The position numbers were made by a program, and so were the translations under genes. A DNA stretch of 64,000 nucleotides from an uncultured candidate division Zixibacteria bacterium (lineage in GTDB: Bacteria; Zixibacteria; MSB-5A5; UBA10806; 4484-95): assembly GCA_963668625.2 (NCBI GenBank), contig CAXXKA010000006.1, forward strand, positions 855,122 to 919,121. The letters are read 5' to 3'. The notes under the pieces were generated by a model. The model made no database searches, was not told the DNA's origin, and was given only the letters and a program-made list of their open reading frames with translations. The stretch's first letter is position 1, and every line of letters starts with the position of its first letter. Below, in pieces: positions 39,808 to 50,361 of this stretch.

Positions 39808-40349
39808 GAGATTTCCCTCCCGTCTGCTAAATGTATCCTCAAGGAGGCCTTAAGTTTCTGTACCGCTTGATGGTAATTCGCTTTAACCGCGCCCTCGGTG
39901 ATTTTTAGTATCTGAGCAATCTCGGCGTGGGCTTTTTCCTCGTAATGACGCAGAACGAATACGGTTCTCTGGCGAGCCGGTAGTTGATCAATAGCCTCGG
40001 CGATTGCATCTCCGAGTTCCTCCTGTTCGATATGATCTGTAGGAGTTTTCGAGAAGTTGGCAGGGGAGACATCCTCGATTGATTCGGCGTGGCGCTCTTT
40101 ATTACGATTCACGTAATTTAACGCGAGATTAACCGCAATCCGATAGACCCAGGTATAGAACGCCGACTCACCTCGAAAAGAGTGACGGTTCTTGTAGGCT
40201 TTCACGAAAGCCTCCTGCGCCAGGTCTCTGGCCTCCTCATTATTTCTGACAATCCGTAACACTACCAGGTAAATCCTTTCCTTGTACTTATTAACGAGCT
40301 CGCCAAAAGCCCGATCATCTGTAATGTCGTATTCATTCTGCCTGTCCAT
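39804..40349 (-). CDS. ECF sigma-70 factor
   Basis: DLAQEAFVKAY..FRGESAFYTWVYRIAVN; LPARQRTVFVLR. Confidence 0.92.
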   Translation of the reverse strand: MDRQNEYDITDDRAFGELVNKYKERIYLVVLRIVRNNEEARDLAQEAFVKAYKNRHSFRGESAFYTWVYRIAVNLALNYVNRNKERHAESIEDVSPANFSKTPTDHIEQEELGDAIAEAIDQLPARQRTVFVLRHYEEKAHAEIAQILKITEGAVKANYHQAVQKLKASLRIHLADGREIS

Positions 40350-40787
40350 CTTACCCTTTTCATAACTTTAGACACAATGGTCTGTCAATGGTTTAATTGT
40401 GGCATCTTCATACCTAACATCTTTGACAATAATAGGTTTAATATTTACAATGGTTGATTGATACAATTTTGGATGTCTTCTGTTATAATTATTCAAGTGG
40501 CTCGTGTCCATAATATTTATGCACTGATAGCGACAGTTTTTATCGACATCTTTTAATATTAGCAATCTGTTTGGCCATCACTACTTGACAATACACTAAT
40601 AATACTAAATTAACTACATAATAAGCGTTCTTGTCTTTTCGTACAATATCTCTAAGGATAATTAAATAGTTTGATGATAAAAACATCTACCAATGTTAAA
40701 ACTATACTTAATGGGAAATTATATCAAGCTAATAGTTATAATTCGTTCCATAATTATATAATATCTTAAAATGGTTTCATTTATGTC

Positions 40788-40825
40788 AAAATCATAGTAC
40801 ATTAGTTGCTGTACTAAAATCATAG
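40788..40825. promoter_or_regulatory. Putative operator
   Basis: TAGTACA-N8-TGTACTA palindrome overlapped by AAAATCATAG direct repeats. Confidence 0.45.
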
Positions 40826-40846
40826 ATACCAGCTCAGGAGGGAAAG

Positions 40847-42403
40847 ATGAGATTGTTGTACGGCTTATTCGTTTGTTTGATGATATTAACCAGTTCCGCC
40901 GTTTACGCCGACTGGCAGCAGGATGTCGATAAGCTTCTGCAAGCAGATAGCAATACAGATACCGATAAGCTAATAGAAAAAATCACGAAAGCTAAACCCG
41001 ATTGGCAAGAGCTCTATAGTTACCTTCAAGATAGAACATATCAGCCTGTAGAGACAACCGGGTTCATTCTGAAGCAAACTATCTGCATTGATGGCGCTCA
41101 GCGGCCGTATGTGCTGTATATTCCCGAATCGTACGATTGCGCTAAGCCCACACCGATGTTTGTCTACCTTCATGGAAGCGCCAGCCGTCCCGAGATAATG
41201 GCCGATCCGGTGGAGTACGCCCGTAAAAATCCGTTTACCGAAACATGCAGTGAGCAAGGCTGGATACTTCTTTTCCCGATGGCGCAGTGGCAGGCGACCT
41301 GGTGGGATAATGTCGGTATGAGCAATGTCAATAATCTGATCCTGATGGTAAAACGTCAGTACAATATCGATGACGACAGGGTGTACATGGGAGGTTTCTC
41401 CGATGGCTCCTCCGGTTCGTTTTTAAAAGCCATGCTCGATCCAACAAATATAGCGGCTTTTGTTGCGCTTAACGGCCATATGGGGGTAGGCAGCGAGGAC
41501 GGCGGTCTCGAGACATACGCGCCCAACATGGCCAACACACCGATTTATGCCGTGACCACATTCAGCGATAGGTTATATCCATCAGCTATGATGAGGCCGA
41601 CTATCGATATGGCAATCGAGGCCGGAGCCGATATATTCTATCGCGAGTTCGAGGGGATTCATAGCTTTGATTACGCGGAAACCGAGATGCCTCTGATTCT
41701 CGATTTCATGAACCGTCATGTGAGAGACCCGTTTCCTCCTTATGTAATGTGGGAGGCCTCAGAGCCCGAATTTGGGCACTGCCGATGGTTCAGTATCGAT
41801 GATATAACTATCGATCCACCCGCGAAATGGTACCGCGATTATAATATCGGGATGATAGATAGCACCATCTCAATTGGCTTTATGGCTGATGACAGCTTTA
41901 AGGGCGAGGGAGTGAAAGTCGGTAAGGTGCTTGATGGCGATTTGATAGCCAATCGTATAGGGTTATTGGATGGCGATATCATCATTGGCTCGATAGATGA
42001 GGATATTAAAAATTTGGATGAGTTATCAGGTTATAAGGCCGGGCTGAAAAGAGGCGGAAAGGTGAGCCTCAAGATTATCCGAGGCGGTGAGGAACGAATT
42101 CTTTCCGGGGATGTGCCACCGCCATCCATTCACAATCTGTTCCATCGCGCCAGCCCCTCGGCCAAAGTTATGGCCCAATATGCCTCCAACAGGTTTAATA
42201 TCCAATCCTCGCGGTTGGGAGCATTCAGTATTTTCATCCATCCCGCGATGGTCAGACTGGAGGATAAGCTCCTGATAAGGGTTGATGGTGATTTAGTTTA
42301 CGAGGCTAAAGTGACTCCCGATATCGGTTTTATGTTGCGGAATTTCCTTGTCAACCGTGACCGGAACTTAATATATGTTGCTAAAGTTAGTCTCAGTTTG
42401 TAG
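40847..42403 (+). CDS. Secreted alpha/beta-hydrolase (esterase/peptidase-like) with PDZ domain
   Basis: Signal peptide, VYLHG, IDDDRVYMGGFSDG nucleophile elbow, GVKVGKV..GD.I PDZ. Confidence 0.8.
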   Translation: MRLLYGLFVCLMILTSSAVYADWQQDVDKLLQADSNTDTDKLIEKITKAKPDWQELYSYLQDRTYQPVETTGFILKQTICIDGAQRPYVLYIPESYDCAKPTPMFVYLHGSASRPEIMADPVEYARKNPFTETCSEQGWILLFPMAQWQATWWDNVGMSNVNNLILMVKRQYNIDDDRVYMGGFSDGSSGSFLKAMLDPTNIAAFVALNGHMGVGSEDGGLETYAPNMANTPIYAVTTFSDRLYPSAMMRPTIDMAIEAGADIFYREFEGIHSFDYAETEMPLILDFMNRHVRDPFPPYVMWEASEPEFGHCRWFSIDDITIDPPAKWYRDYNIGMIDSTISIGFMADDSFKGEGVKVGKVLDGDLIANRIGLLDGDIIIGSIDEDIKNLDELSGYKAGLKRGGKVSLKIIRGGEERILSGDVPPPSIHNLFHRASPSAKVMAQYASNRFNIQSSRLGAFSIFIHPAMVRLEDKLLIRVDGDLVYEAKVTPDIGFMLRNFLVNRDRNLIYVAKVSLSL

Positions 42404-42597
42404 TATAAGGTGTTGTTATCAATAATTAAACCGGGAGGGTAGCCTAAACCAGCAGCAGTTCACGGTGTTACTCATTATATATTGATAACCTTATTGAATT
42501 TTAGCCGGTTAGCTGATAGTGTCGGCGGGGTAGGATTGTTATTATAGTCCAATTTTCGCTTGACATATCTTTTAGGCTATAGTTATTTTCGAGACTT

Positions 42598-43119
42598 ATG
42601 AAAATTGAGATACGTCAAATAACGGATGAGAGCAAAGACTTTCATTTCTCCGAGACCGCCGAGGAGATGGAGATTTCGGCTGAGGGTATAAAATTCCCAA
42701 ATCAGATCGAGGTTGATCTATCGGCCAATCTCTCCGGAGATGAAGTTATCTGCCAGGGAGAGGTATTCACCACGCTCGAAATAGAGTGCAGCCGATGCCT
42801 GGAAGTATTTGACTACGAGATCAAAGCGCCGCTTCGGTTTGTTGTCCAGATTCTGGATACGCCGCTGGATATCGGTGACGGCGGTGATGATGATTTCGAG
42901 GTTATCTCGAAGACCGATACATACCTTGATATCTCGCAGCGGGTGCGTGACGCCCTGGTGCTCGAGATACCTTTAAAGCCTCTATGCGGCGAGGATTGCC
43001 GGGGGCTTTGCTCGCTGTGTGGAGCGAATCTGAATGACGGCGAATGCGATTGCAAACCCGACAAATCGGATGAACGCTGGGATGCGTTAAAGAATTTATT
43101 TGGCGAACAAATGGAGTAG
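42598..43119 (+). CDS. yceD: DUF177/YceD protein
   Basis: CSRCL, P.KPLC..DCRGLC..CG.NLN, D.RWDALK; precedes rpmF. Confidence 0.92.
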   Translation: MKIEIRQITDESKDFHFSETAEEMEISAEGIKFPNQIEVDLSANLSGDEVICQGEVFTTLEIECSRCLEVFDYEIKAPLRFVVQILDTPLDIGDGGDDDFEVISKTDTYLDISQRVRDALVLEIPLKPLCGEDCRGLCSLCGANLNDGECDCKPDKSDERWDALKNLFGEQME

Positions 43120-43142
43120 TAAAAACATACTAAGGAGAAACA

Positions 43143-43325
43143 ATGCCTCTTCCAAAAAGAAGACACTCGAAAGCTCGCGGCAGAAAAAGACGGACACACT
43201 GGACACTGGAAGCACCGAACGTAATAGAATGCCCGCACTGCCATGAACAGAAGCTGCCTCATCAGGTATGCCCGAGCTGCGGATTTTACAAAGGCATGGA
43301 GATTAAGCCTGTAACTGAAGATTAA
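43143..43325 (+). CDS. rpmF: 50S ribosomal protein L32 (zinc-ribbon type)
   Basis: MPLPKRRHSKAR, CPHC..PHQVCPSCGFY. Confidence 0.97.
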   Translation: MPLPKRRHSKARGRKRRTHWTLEAPNVIECPHCHEQKLPHQVCPSCGFYKGMEIKPVTED

Positions 43326-43328
43326 GTT

Positions 43329-44390
43329 ATGAAAGAATCAGGCTCCCCGCCAAGGATAGCTATTGATGCAATGGGCGGAGATAACGCCCCGTTCTCTATA
43401 GTAGCCGGTTCGGTTATGGCTTATCGGGTTCTCCAGGATAACGTGAAAATTATTCTGGTGGGTAACGCTAAACGAATTAACGATGAGTTGAAAAGTTTAC
43501 GAGCCGAACATATGGCTATCGAGGTAATCGATGCACCCGAGGCTATCGATATGAGTGAAAGCCCGATCGAGGCTATCAAGCATAAAAAGAACTCCTCGAT
43601 AGTAGTCGGCTTGAAATTGCAGAAAGAGGGTAAGGCGGATGCTTTCATCTCGGCCGGTAATACCGGTGCGGTGATGGCAGCCTCGCTATTGAATCTCGGA
43701 CGTTTGACCGGCGTAAGCCGTCCCGCTATAGCTACGCTTTTCCCGACGGAGGAGGGTTTGGGGCTGGTTTTGGATGTTGGCGCGAACTCCGATTGCAAAG
43801 CTCATCACCTGTACCAGTTCGGTATCATGGGAGCTATTTATTCCAAATACATTCTTAAAGTGAAAAATCCCAAGGTGGGATTATTGTCAATCGGCGAGGA
43901 GCAATCCAAAGGCAACGAGTTGACGATTGCCTCCCATAAGCTGCTCGATAGCTCAGGATTGAATTTCTGTGGCAATGTCGAGGGCAGGGATATTTTGAAA
44001 GGCACCGCGGATGTGGTTGTCTGTGATGGTTTCGTAGGCAATATCATTTTAAAGTTCGCCGAATCTACAGGTAGTTTCTTTTCCAAACTTCTTAAAAAGA
44101 AAATACGAGGCAACCTGTTGGCAAGTATCGGCGCGGTCCTGATGTCGACCGCTTTCAGGAGTTTCAGGCAATCTTTAGATTCGGCCGAATACGGCGGCGC
44201 ACCGCTTCTTGGTATTAACGGCGTATGTATTATCTGCCATGGAAATTCCTCTCCCAGAGCAATAAAAAACGCAGTACTGGTAAGCGTGGATATTGTTCGT
44301 CAAAAAGTTAATACCGTAATCCAGGAGAAAATTAGCTCAAGTGATTACACTAATAATTCGGCAGTAAACAGAGTTGAAAAATTAATATGA
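43329..44390 (+). CDS. plsX: Phosphate acyltransferase
   Basis: IAIDAMGGDNAP, SAGNTGA, LDVGAN, DGFVGN, GGAPLLG. Confidence 0.97.
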   Translation: MKESGSPPRIAIDAMGGDNAPFSIVAGSVMAYRVLQDNVKIILVGNAKRINDELKSLRAEHMAIEVIDAPEAIDMSESPIEAIKHKKNSSIVVGLKLQKEGKADAFISAGNTGAVMAASLLNLGRLTGVSRPAIATLFPTEEGLGLVLDVGANSDCKAHHLYQFGIMGAIYSKYILKVKNPKVGLLSIGEEQSKGNELTIASHKLLDSSGLNFCGNVEGRDILKGTADVVVCDGFVGNIILKFAESTGSFFSKLLKKKIRGNLLASIGAVLMSTAFRSFRQSLDSAEYGGAPLLGINGVCIICHGNSSPRAIKNAVLVSVDIVRQKVNTVIQEKISSSDYTNNSAVNRVEKLI

Positions 44391-45370
44391 TAAAATATGC
44401 TCATATCACCGGTACCGGTTCGTTCGCCCCTGAAAAAGTTCTGACTAACAGCGATCTGGAGCGAATGGTCGAGACCAGTAATGATTGGATTGTTTCTAGA
44501 ACGGGAATCAAAAACAGGCATTTAGTGCAGAACGGCACCGGGTCATCCGACCTGGCAGCCCGGGCTTCTCAGATAGCGCTGGCTAAAGCCGGCCTGGATG
44601 CCAAAGATATCGATTTGATATTATTAGCGACGGTAACCCCTGATCAACCACTGCCCTCGACCGCCTGTCTTCTGCAAGACAAAATCGGCGCCTCCAATGC
44701 AGCCGTAATGGATGTCGTGGCCGCTTGTTCGGGATTCGTGTATAATCTCTCTATAGCGAAAGCTATGATCCAGTCCGGCCAGGCTGAAAACGTCTTAGTG
44801 CTGGGCGTGGAGACATTATCGAAGCTGGTCAACTGGGAGGACAGAAACACCTGCGTGCTTTTCGGCGATGGCTGTGGCGCGGCGGTGGTTCAGGCTAAAG
44901 ATGAACCCGGCGGGATAATGCATACCTATATGAAGTCCAATGGCTCGCTGGCCGATCTGTTGATGGTTCCGGCCGGGGGTTGCAAGGTTCCTCTGAATGA
45001 GGAGAATATCAAAAACGGCGCCAGGTACATAAACATGGCCGGGCCTGAGGTATACAAAAACGCTGTCAAGGCGATGGGCGAGGCCGGATCGATCGTACTG
45101 AAGAAATCCGGACTGTCGGGCGATGATATCAAGCTGATGATTCCGCATCAGGCGAATATCCGTATTATCGACTCTACCGCCAAACGTCTGGGCATACCGA
45201 TGGAACGGGTGTATGTCAATATACATGATTATGGCAACACCTCGGCCGCCTCGATTGCTATTGCCCTGGATGAGGTGATCGGCAAGAAGTTAATCGATAA
45301 AGGTGATAAGATATTGCTGGTAGCTTTCGGCGCCGGATTTACCTGGGGTTCGATAATAGTGGAGTTCTGA
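44387..45370 (+). CDS. fabH: 3-oxoacyl-ACP synthase III
   Basis: AACSGF, LFGDG, PHQANIRII, GNTSAAS, FGAGFTWG. Confidence 0.97.
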   Translation: MIKYAHITGTGSFAPEKVLTNSDLERMVETSNDWIVSRTGIKNRHLVQNGTGSSDLAARASQIALAKAGLDAKDIDLILLATVTPDQPLPSTACLLQDKIGASNAAVMDVVAACSGFVYNLSIAKAMIQSGQAENVLVLGVETLSKLVNWEDRNTCVLFGDGCGAAVVQAKDEPGGIMHTYMKSNGSLADLLMVPAGGCKVPLNEENIKNGARYINMAGPEVYKNAVKAMGEAGSIVLKKSGLSGDDIKLMIPHQANIRIIDSTAKRLGIPMERVYVNIHDYGNTSAASIAIALDEVIGKKLIDKGDKILLVAFGAGFTWGSIIVEF

Positions 45371-45373
45371 TAA

Positions 45374-46279
45374 ATGAAGGCATTTCTCTTTCCCGGCCAG
45401 GCATCGCAGTATGTGGGCATGGCTAAGGATTTATATAACGAGTTCGATATCGCTCGGGAGTATTTCGATAAAGCCGATGAGATTCTCGAACTAGACTTGA
45501 AAAACACCTGTTTCGAGGGGCCCGAGGATAAGCTGGTTCGTACCGAATACACCCAACCGGCGATTTTCGTGCACTCCGTGGTAGTAAATGCTATCCTGAA
45601 GCAAAATGATGTCAAGCCCGATATCGCGGCCGGGCATAGCCTGGGCGAATATTCAGCCCTGGTTTCAGCCGGCGTGTTCGGTTTCGAGCACGGTTTGCGT
45701 GCGGTTAAACTTCGTTCCCGCCTGATGCAGCTTTGTTGCGATCGGTATCCCGGTACGATGGCCGCCAGTATGGGACTGACATTCGATCAGGTGAAAGACG
45801 CTATCACAGGCATAGACGGCGTTACGCCGGCGAATTATAACTCGCCCGATCAGGTTGCCGTTACCGGCACGCTCGAGGGCGTGGATAATGCTTGTGAGAG
45901 TCTCAAAAAAGCCGGCGCCAAACGGGCTATCAAGCTGGCCGTAGGCGGGGCGTATCATTCGCCTTTGATGGCCGAGGCTCGGCTGGAGTTGGCGGACTAC
46001 ATTAAGACTATTGAATTCGGTAATTTCGATTTTCCCGTGGTGGCGAATGTAACCGGCAAACCGGTTAGCGACACCGACGAAATGCGAAAGCTTTTGATAG
46101 AGCAGATTACCTCGCCGGTGCTATGGTATCCGGGGTTGGAATCTCTTTACGAAGCCGGTGTACGCGAGTACTTGGAGATAGGGCCGGGCAAGGTACTGCA
46201 GGGCTTATTGAAACGCTCGTTCAAAGGCCGCGAGTACCAGGCGAAGGGAATCGATAAAGCCGAGGATTTGAAATTTTAG
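45374..46279 (+). CDS. fabD: Malonyl-CoA:ACP transacylase
   Basis: FPGQ, TQPA, GHSLGEY, GAYHS. Confidence 0.97.
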   Translation: MKAFLFPGQASQYVGMAKDLYNEFDIAREYFDKADEILELDLKNTCFEGPEDKLVRTEYTQPAIFVHSVVVNAILKQNDVKPDIAAGHSLGEYSALVSAGVFGFEHGLRAVKLRSRLMQLCCDRYPGTMAASMGLTFDQVKDAITGIDGVTPANYNSPDQVAVTGTLEGVDNACESLKKAGAKRAIKLAVGGAYHSPLMAEARLELADYIKTIEFGNFDFPVVANVTGKPVSDTDEMRKLLIEQITSPVLWYPGLESLYEAGVREYLEIGPGKVLQGLLKRSFKGREYQAKGIDKAEDLKF

Positions 46280-46300
46280 CGGGGGCTAAGGTGGGAAATT

Positions 46301-47053
46301 ATGTCAGGTTTTGATGGAATTACCGGTAAGACGGCTCTAGTCACCGGCTCCGCGCGGGGGATCGGATTCGCCATCGCAGAAAGATTGGGCAAAGAAGGAG
46401 CGAACATTGTAATCTCCGATATATTGGCCGACCAGGCCGAGGAGGCTGCCCGCAAATTAAATGCTGATGGTATCAAGGCGATCTCGGTTGCCGGCGATAT
46501 CTCGAAGGGCGAGGATGTAGAAAAGCTATTTAAGGCCGCTAAGGATGAGCTTGGCGGAGTGGATATACTGATAAATAACGCCGGGATAACCCGTGATAAC
46601 CTGATGATGCGTATGGATGAGAAATCGTGGGATATGGTCATGGCGGTTAATCTTAAAGGCTCGTTCCTGTGCACCAAAGCAGCCAGCCGTCCGATGATGA
46701 AGAAACGCTGGGGGCGTATAATAAATATGGCCTCGGTTGTGGGCGTGATGGGCAATGCCGGGCAGGCTAATTATTCGGCCTCGAAAGCCGGGCTTATCGG
46801 CCTTACGAAATCCTCGGCGAAGGAGTTCGCCTCGCGCGGTATCACGGTTAATGCTATCGCGCCGGGATATATCGCCACCGATATGACCGAGAATTTACCC
46901 GATGACGCCAAGCAAGGATTTTTATCGGTAACACCATTGAACAGGCCCGGTACACCGAAAGATATCGCCGGGACAGTTGCTTTTTTATGTTCGGATGACG
47001 CCGCGTTTATTACCGGTCAGGTAGTTCACGTCGACGGCGGAATGGTAATGTAA
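46301..47053 (+). CDS. fabG: 3-oxoacyl-ACP reductase
   Basis: TGSARGIG, NNAGITRD, YSASKAG. Confidence 0.97.
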   Translation: MSGFDGITGKTALVTGSARGIGFAIAERLGKEGANIVISDILADQAEEAARKLNADGIKAISVAGDISKGEDVEKLFKAAKDELGGVDILINNAGITRDNLMMRMDEKSWDMVMAVNLKGSFLCTKAASRPMMKKRWGRIINMASVVGVMGNAGQANYSASKAGLIGLTKSSAKEFASRGITVNAIAPGYIATDMTENLPDDAKQGFLSVTPLNRPGTPKDIAGTVAFLCSDDAAFITGQVVHVDGGMVM

Positions 47054-47095
47054 ACAACAATCGTAATTGAATAAATCTATCCAAGGAGGATAAAA

Positions 47096-47335
47096 ATGGC
47101 TTCGATAGAAGAAAGAGTAAAAAATATCATTGTTGAAAGTTTGAACGTGGATGCCGAGAAGGTGTCGCAGGATGCCAGTTTTGTTGATGATCTTGATGCT
47201 GATTCTCTCGATCAGGTTGAGCTGATACTTGCCTTAGAGGAAGAGTTCGATACTCAGATCCCCGAAGAGGAAGCCTCGAAGATTACCACCGTTGGCGAAG
47301 CTGTTGACTACCTGAAAAAGAACGTTGGCGAATAA
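47096..47335 (+). CDS. acpP: Acyl carrier protein
   Basis: [10 protein letters not shown]...EEEF. Confidence 0.97.
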   Translation: MASIEERVKNIIVESLNVDAEKVSQDASFVDDLDADSLDQVELILALEEEFDTQIPEEEASKITTVGEAVDYLKKNVGE

Positions 47336-47344
47336 CTAAAGGTT

Positions 47345-48592
47345 ATGGCGAATAGAGTAGTAATAACAGGTATGGGAGTGTTGGCTCCCCTAGGTAATAA
47401 TCTGGATGAATTCTGGGCCAACCTGATGGCCGGGAAATCCGGAGTCGTGCCGACAACCAAGTGCGATGTTTCGGATATGACCAGCAAAATATCAGGTGAG
47501 GTGCAGGATTTCGATCCGCTCGATTACATGGATAAGAAAGAATCGAGGCGGGTCGATCTATCCCAGCAATATGCCATCGCCGCCGCCGATTTGGCTTATA
47601 AAGATTCCGGCTTGAAAGAGGGCGAATTCGACTCGAACAGAGCGGGAGCGGTTATCGGCTCGGGGATCGGCGGAATAATCACATTCGAGAATCAGCATGA
47701 GCTTATCGTGAAAGGTAAGGCCAAGCGAGTCTCGCCGTTTTTTATCCCAATGATGATACCTGACATGGCAGCCGGAGTGGTCTCGATTCGTCTGGGACTT
47801 CGCGGCCCCAACTACGCAGTTGTTTCGGCCTGTGCCTCAAGCGCAAACGCTATCGGGGATGCTTTCTATGCTATCCAGCGGGGAGCGGCCGATATTATGG
47901 TGACAGGCGGAACCGAGGCCTCGATCACGCGCACGGCGGTTGCCGGATTCTGCAACTCGAAAGCGCTTTCCACTCGTAATGATGAGCCCGAAAAAGCCTC
48001 TCGTCCTTTCGATAAAGATCGTGACGGTTTCGTGATGGCCGAGGGTTCTGGTATTCTGGTACTGGAAAACCTGGAGCACGCCCAAAAGCGCGGCGCGCAA
48101 ATCTACGGCGAAATCGCGGCTGTTGGTATGTCCGGGGATGCTCATCACATAACTGCGCCTCATCCCGAGGGAGATGGCGCCGCCAGGGCGATGAAATCGG
48201 CTATCGATGAAGCCGGCTTACGCCTCGAGGATATAAACTATATCAATACTCACGGCACCTCGACCGGATTAGGAGATATCGCCGAAACTATAGCGATCAA
48301 ACGCTTGTTCGGCGATCTGGCCTTTAAGCTGCCGTGTAATTCGACTAAATCGATGACAGGACATCTGCTGGGTGCGACCGGCGCGGTTGAACTTATCGCC
48401 AGCGCCCTGGAGATGAAATACGGCAAGCTGCACAAAACCGTTAACCTCGATAACCCTGATGAGCAGTGCGATTTGTACTATGTTCATGATGGCCCGAAAG
48501 ATTACGAGATCACTAATATGCTCTCGAACTCGTTCGGATTTGGCGGACACAATGTGTCGGTTTTGATGAAAAACTTTCAAAATAGCAACTGA
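47345..48592 (+). CDS. fabF: 3-oxoacyl-ACP synthase II
   Basis: SACASS, HGTST, KSMTGHLLGA, NSFGFGGHN. Confidence 0.97.
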   Translation: MANRVVITGMGVLAPLGNNLDEFWANLMAGKSGVVPTTKCDVSDMTSKISGEVQDFDPLDYMDKKESRRVDLSQQYAIAAADLAYKDSGLKEGEFDSNRAGAVIGSGIGGIITFENQHELIVKGKAKRVSPFFIPMMIPDMAAGVVSIRLGLRGPNYAVVSACASSANAIGDAFYAIQRGAADIMVTGGTEASITRTAVAGFCNSKALSTRNDEPEKASRPFDKDRDGFVMAEGSGILVLENLEHAQKRGAQIYGEIAAVGMSGDAHHITAPHPEGDGAARAMKSAIDEAGLRLEDINYINTHGTSTGLGDIAETIAIKRLFGDLAFKLPCNSTKSMTGHLLGATGAVELIASALEMKYGKLHKTVNLDNPDEQCDLYYVHDGPKDYEITNMLSNSFGFGGHNVSVLMKNFQNSN

Positions 48593-48594
48593 TA

Positions 48595-49326
48595 GTGGAA
48601 TTTCTTCGCAGATTATTCGGCAGTAAGGATGATCGGCTGGCCGAGTTCGAAAAGCTCATCGGCTACCGTTTCAACGATCGTGGGATGTTGAAAACGGCGC
48701 TGTCCCACCGTTCATCATTGAAAGATACCGGCCTCGAATCCAACGAGAGGCTGGAGTTTTTAGGCGATGCCGTTTTAGGGTTGATCGTCTCGACGTTTCT
48801 TTATAGAAATCACGATGATTTACCCGAGGGCGATCTGACCCGAATGAAAGCATTACTGGTAAACGAGACCGTGCTATCCCAGGCTGCGGTCTCGTTCGGT
48901 TTGGGTGACTACCTGTTTCTATCCGATGAGGAGAAGAAAGCCGGCGGCGATACCAAACCCTCGATAACCTCCGATGCTTTCGAGGCGATTGTCGGGGCGG
49001 TTTACCTCGATGGCGGCTATCAGGATGCCAAGCGCCTGGTGTATAAATTCATTTTGGCCGATTACCAGCACATTATTGATGATAAGAAGCTTCAGAATTA
49101 CAAGGGCGAGTTGTTGGAGTTCATGCAGGCGCGCGGCGAGGGCATGCCTCATTACTACGTAAAAGACCAGATCGGCCCCGATCATGATAAAGTGTTTATC
49201 GTGGCGGCTTATGTTAATGAAATCTTTTTAGGCGAGGGCAAAGGCAAATCCAAAAAAGAGGCCGAACAACACGCCGCTCGCGAGGCTTTGAAACGTATCA
49301 AAAAAGAAGAGCTGAAATTCAGCTAG
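48595..49326 (+). CDS. rnc: Ribonuclease III
   Basis: NERLEFLGDAVL, DAFEAIVGAVYLD, dsRBD SKKEAEQ. Confidence 0.97.
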   Translation: MEFLRRLFGSKDDRLAEFEKLIGYRFNDRGMLKTALSHRSSLKDTGLESNERLEFLGDAVLGLIVSTFLYRNHDDLPEGDLTRMKALLVNETVLSQAAVSFGLGDYLFLSDEEKKAGGDTKPSITSDAFEAIVGAVYLDGGYQDAKRLVYKFILADYQHIIDDKKLQNYKGELLEFMQARGEGMPHYYVKDQIGPDHDKVFIVAAYVNEIFLGEGKGKSKKEAEQHAAREALKRIKKEELKFS

Positions 49327-49333
49327 TAATTTA

Positions 49334-49957
49334 ATGATCTTACTAATTTCCATATTATGCTTTTTAATAGCGGTTTTGACTTATATTTTGTTTATGCCCA
49401 TTTTCTTTGAAATAAATTACGATATCGACAACAGGACAGTTCAAAAAGGCGTTATAAGAATATACCCGTTCAAATTCAGTTTTAAAATAGGTGGGGAAAA
49501 GAAGGCTGCCGATGCTGATAAAACTGTTGCTGCCGGTAAAAAGAAGGTTAAAAGAAAAAAGAAAATGCAAGGCCTCAAAATAGATTTTATGCGTCTGTTG
49601 CGCGAGGAATATATGATGCTCAAGCAAATTGGCGTTGAGGCTATGAGACTGGCGGCGGGCATTATCAAAACGCCTGATTATCATCTTAACGTTAGTTTGA
49701 ACGGCGGATTTGCTTCGCCTGATTTGACCGGCTGCCTCTACGGTGGTGTTTGCGCGGTCAGGTCGATGCCCGTAAAAGCGATTAATATTGAATATAATCC
49801 CGATTTCAACGTAGAAAGACTGGGTGGCGAGGTAACCGGGCGCGTGGTTGTGCGTATAAGCACTATTATAAAAGAATTATTGCTTTTTGCATGGAGATTA
49901 CCCAAATTGAAAATACTGAAAACCTATTTCAGGATAAAAAGGAGGCGAAATGGCTGA
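49334..49957 (+). CDS. DUF2953 (YtfI-like) protein
   Basis: N-terminal TM, SPDLTG.LYG, I.YNPDF; paired with ytfJ/gerW. Confidence 0.7.
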   Translation: MILLISILCFLIAVLTYILFMPIFFEINYDIDNRTVQKGVIRIYPFKFSFKIGGEKKAADADKTVAAGKKKVKRKKKMQGLKIDFMRLLREEYMMLKQIGVEAMRLAAGIIKTPDYHLNVSLNGGFASPDLTGCLYGGVCAVRSMPVKAINIEYNPDFNVERLGGEVTGRVVVRISTIIKELLLFAWRLPKLKILKTYFRIKRRRNG

Positions 49958-50354
49958 CAAATTAACCGATCTGGTTTCCTCGATAATGAAAGAGCTCAAG
50001 CAGATCGCTAAAACCGAGACCGTAGTTGGCGAGCCGGTGAAGCTGGGCGATAAGATGGTCGTGCCCGTTACCAAGCTGATGCTGGGATTCGGTGTCGGCG
50101 GCGGTGAGGGCGAGTCACCCGATAAGGGTGGAGGATTCGGCGGCGGTGGCGGCGGCGGCGCTCGTATCGAGCCGATAGGTTTTATCGTTATACAGGATGA
50201 GAAGGTGTCATTTTTGCCCACCAAGCAGGGGCATTTCGAGGGGCTGGTTGATGCTATCCCCGGCGTATTTGAGAAAGTTAAGGACATGATTCCGAGTAAG
50301 GATGATAAGAAAGCTAAAGATAAGTCCGAAAAGGGTAAGGGCAAGGAGGAGTAA
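49950..50354 (+). CDS. GerW/YtfJ-family protein
   Basis: TETVVGEP, VVPV.K..GFGVGGG, GGGGGARIEPIGFIV. Confidence 0.9.
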   Translation: MADKLTDLVSSIMKELKQIAKTETVVGEPVKLGDKMVVPVTKLMLGFGVGGGEGESPDKGGGFGGGGGGGARIEPIGFIVIQDEKVSFLPTKQGHFEGLVDAIPGVFEKVKDMIPSKDDKKAKDKSEKGKGKEE

Positions 50355-50361
50355 GTAAAAC

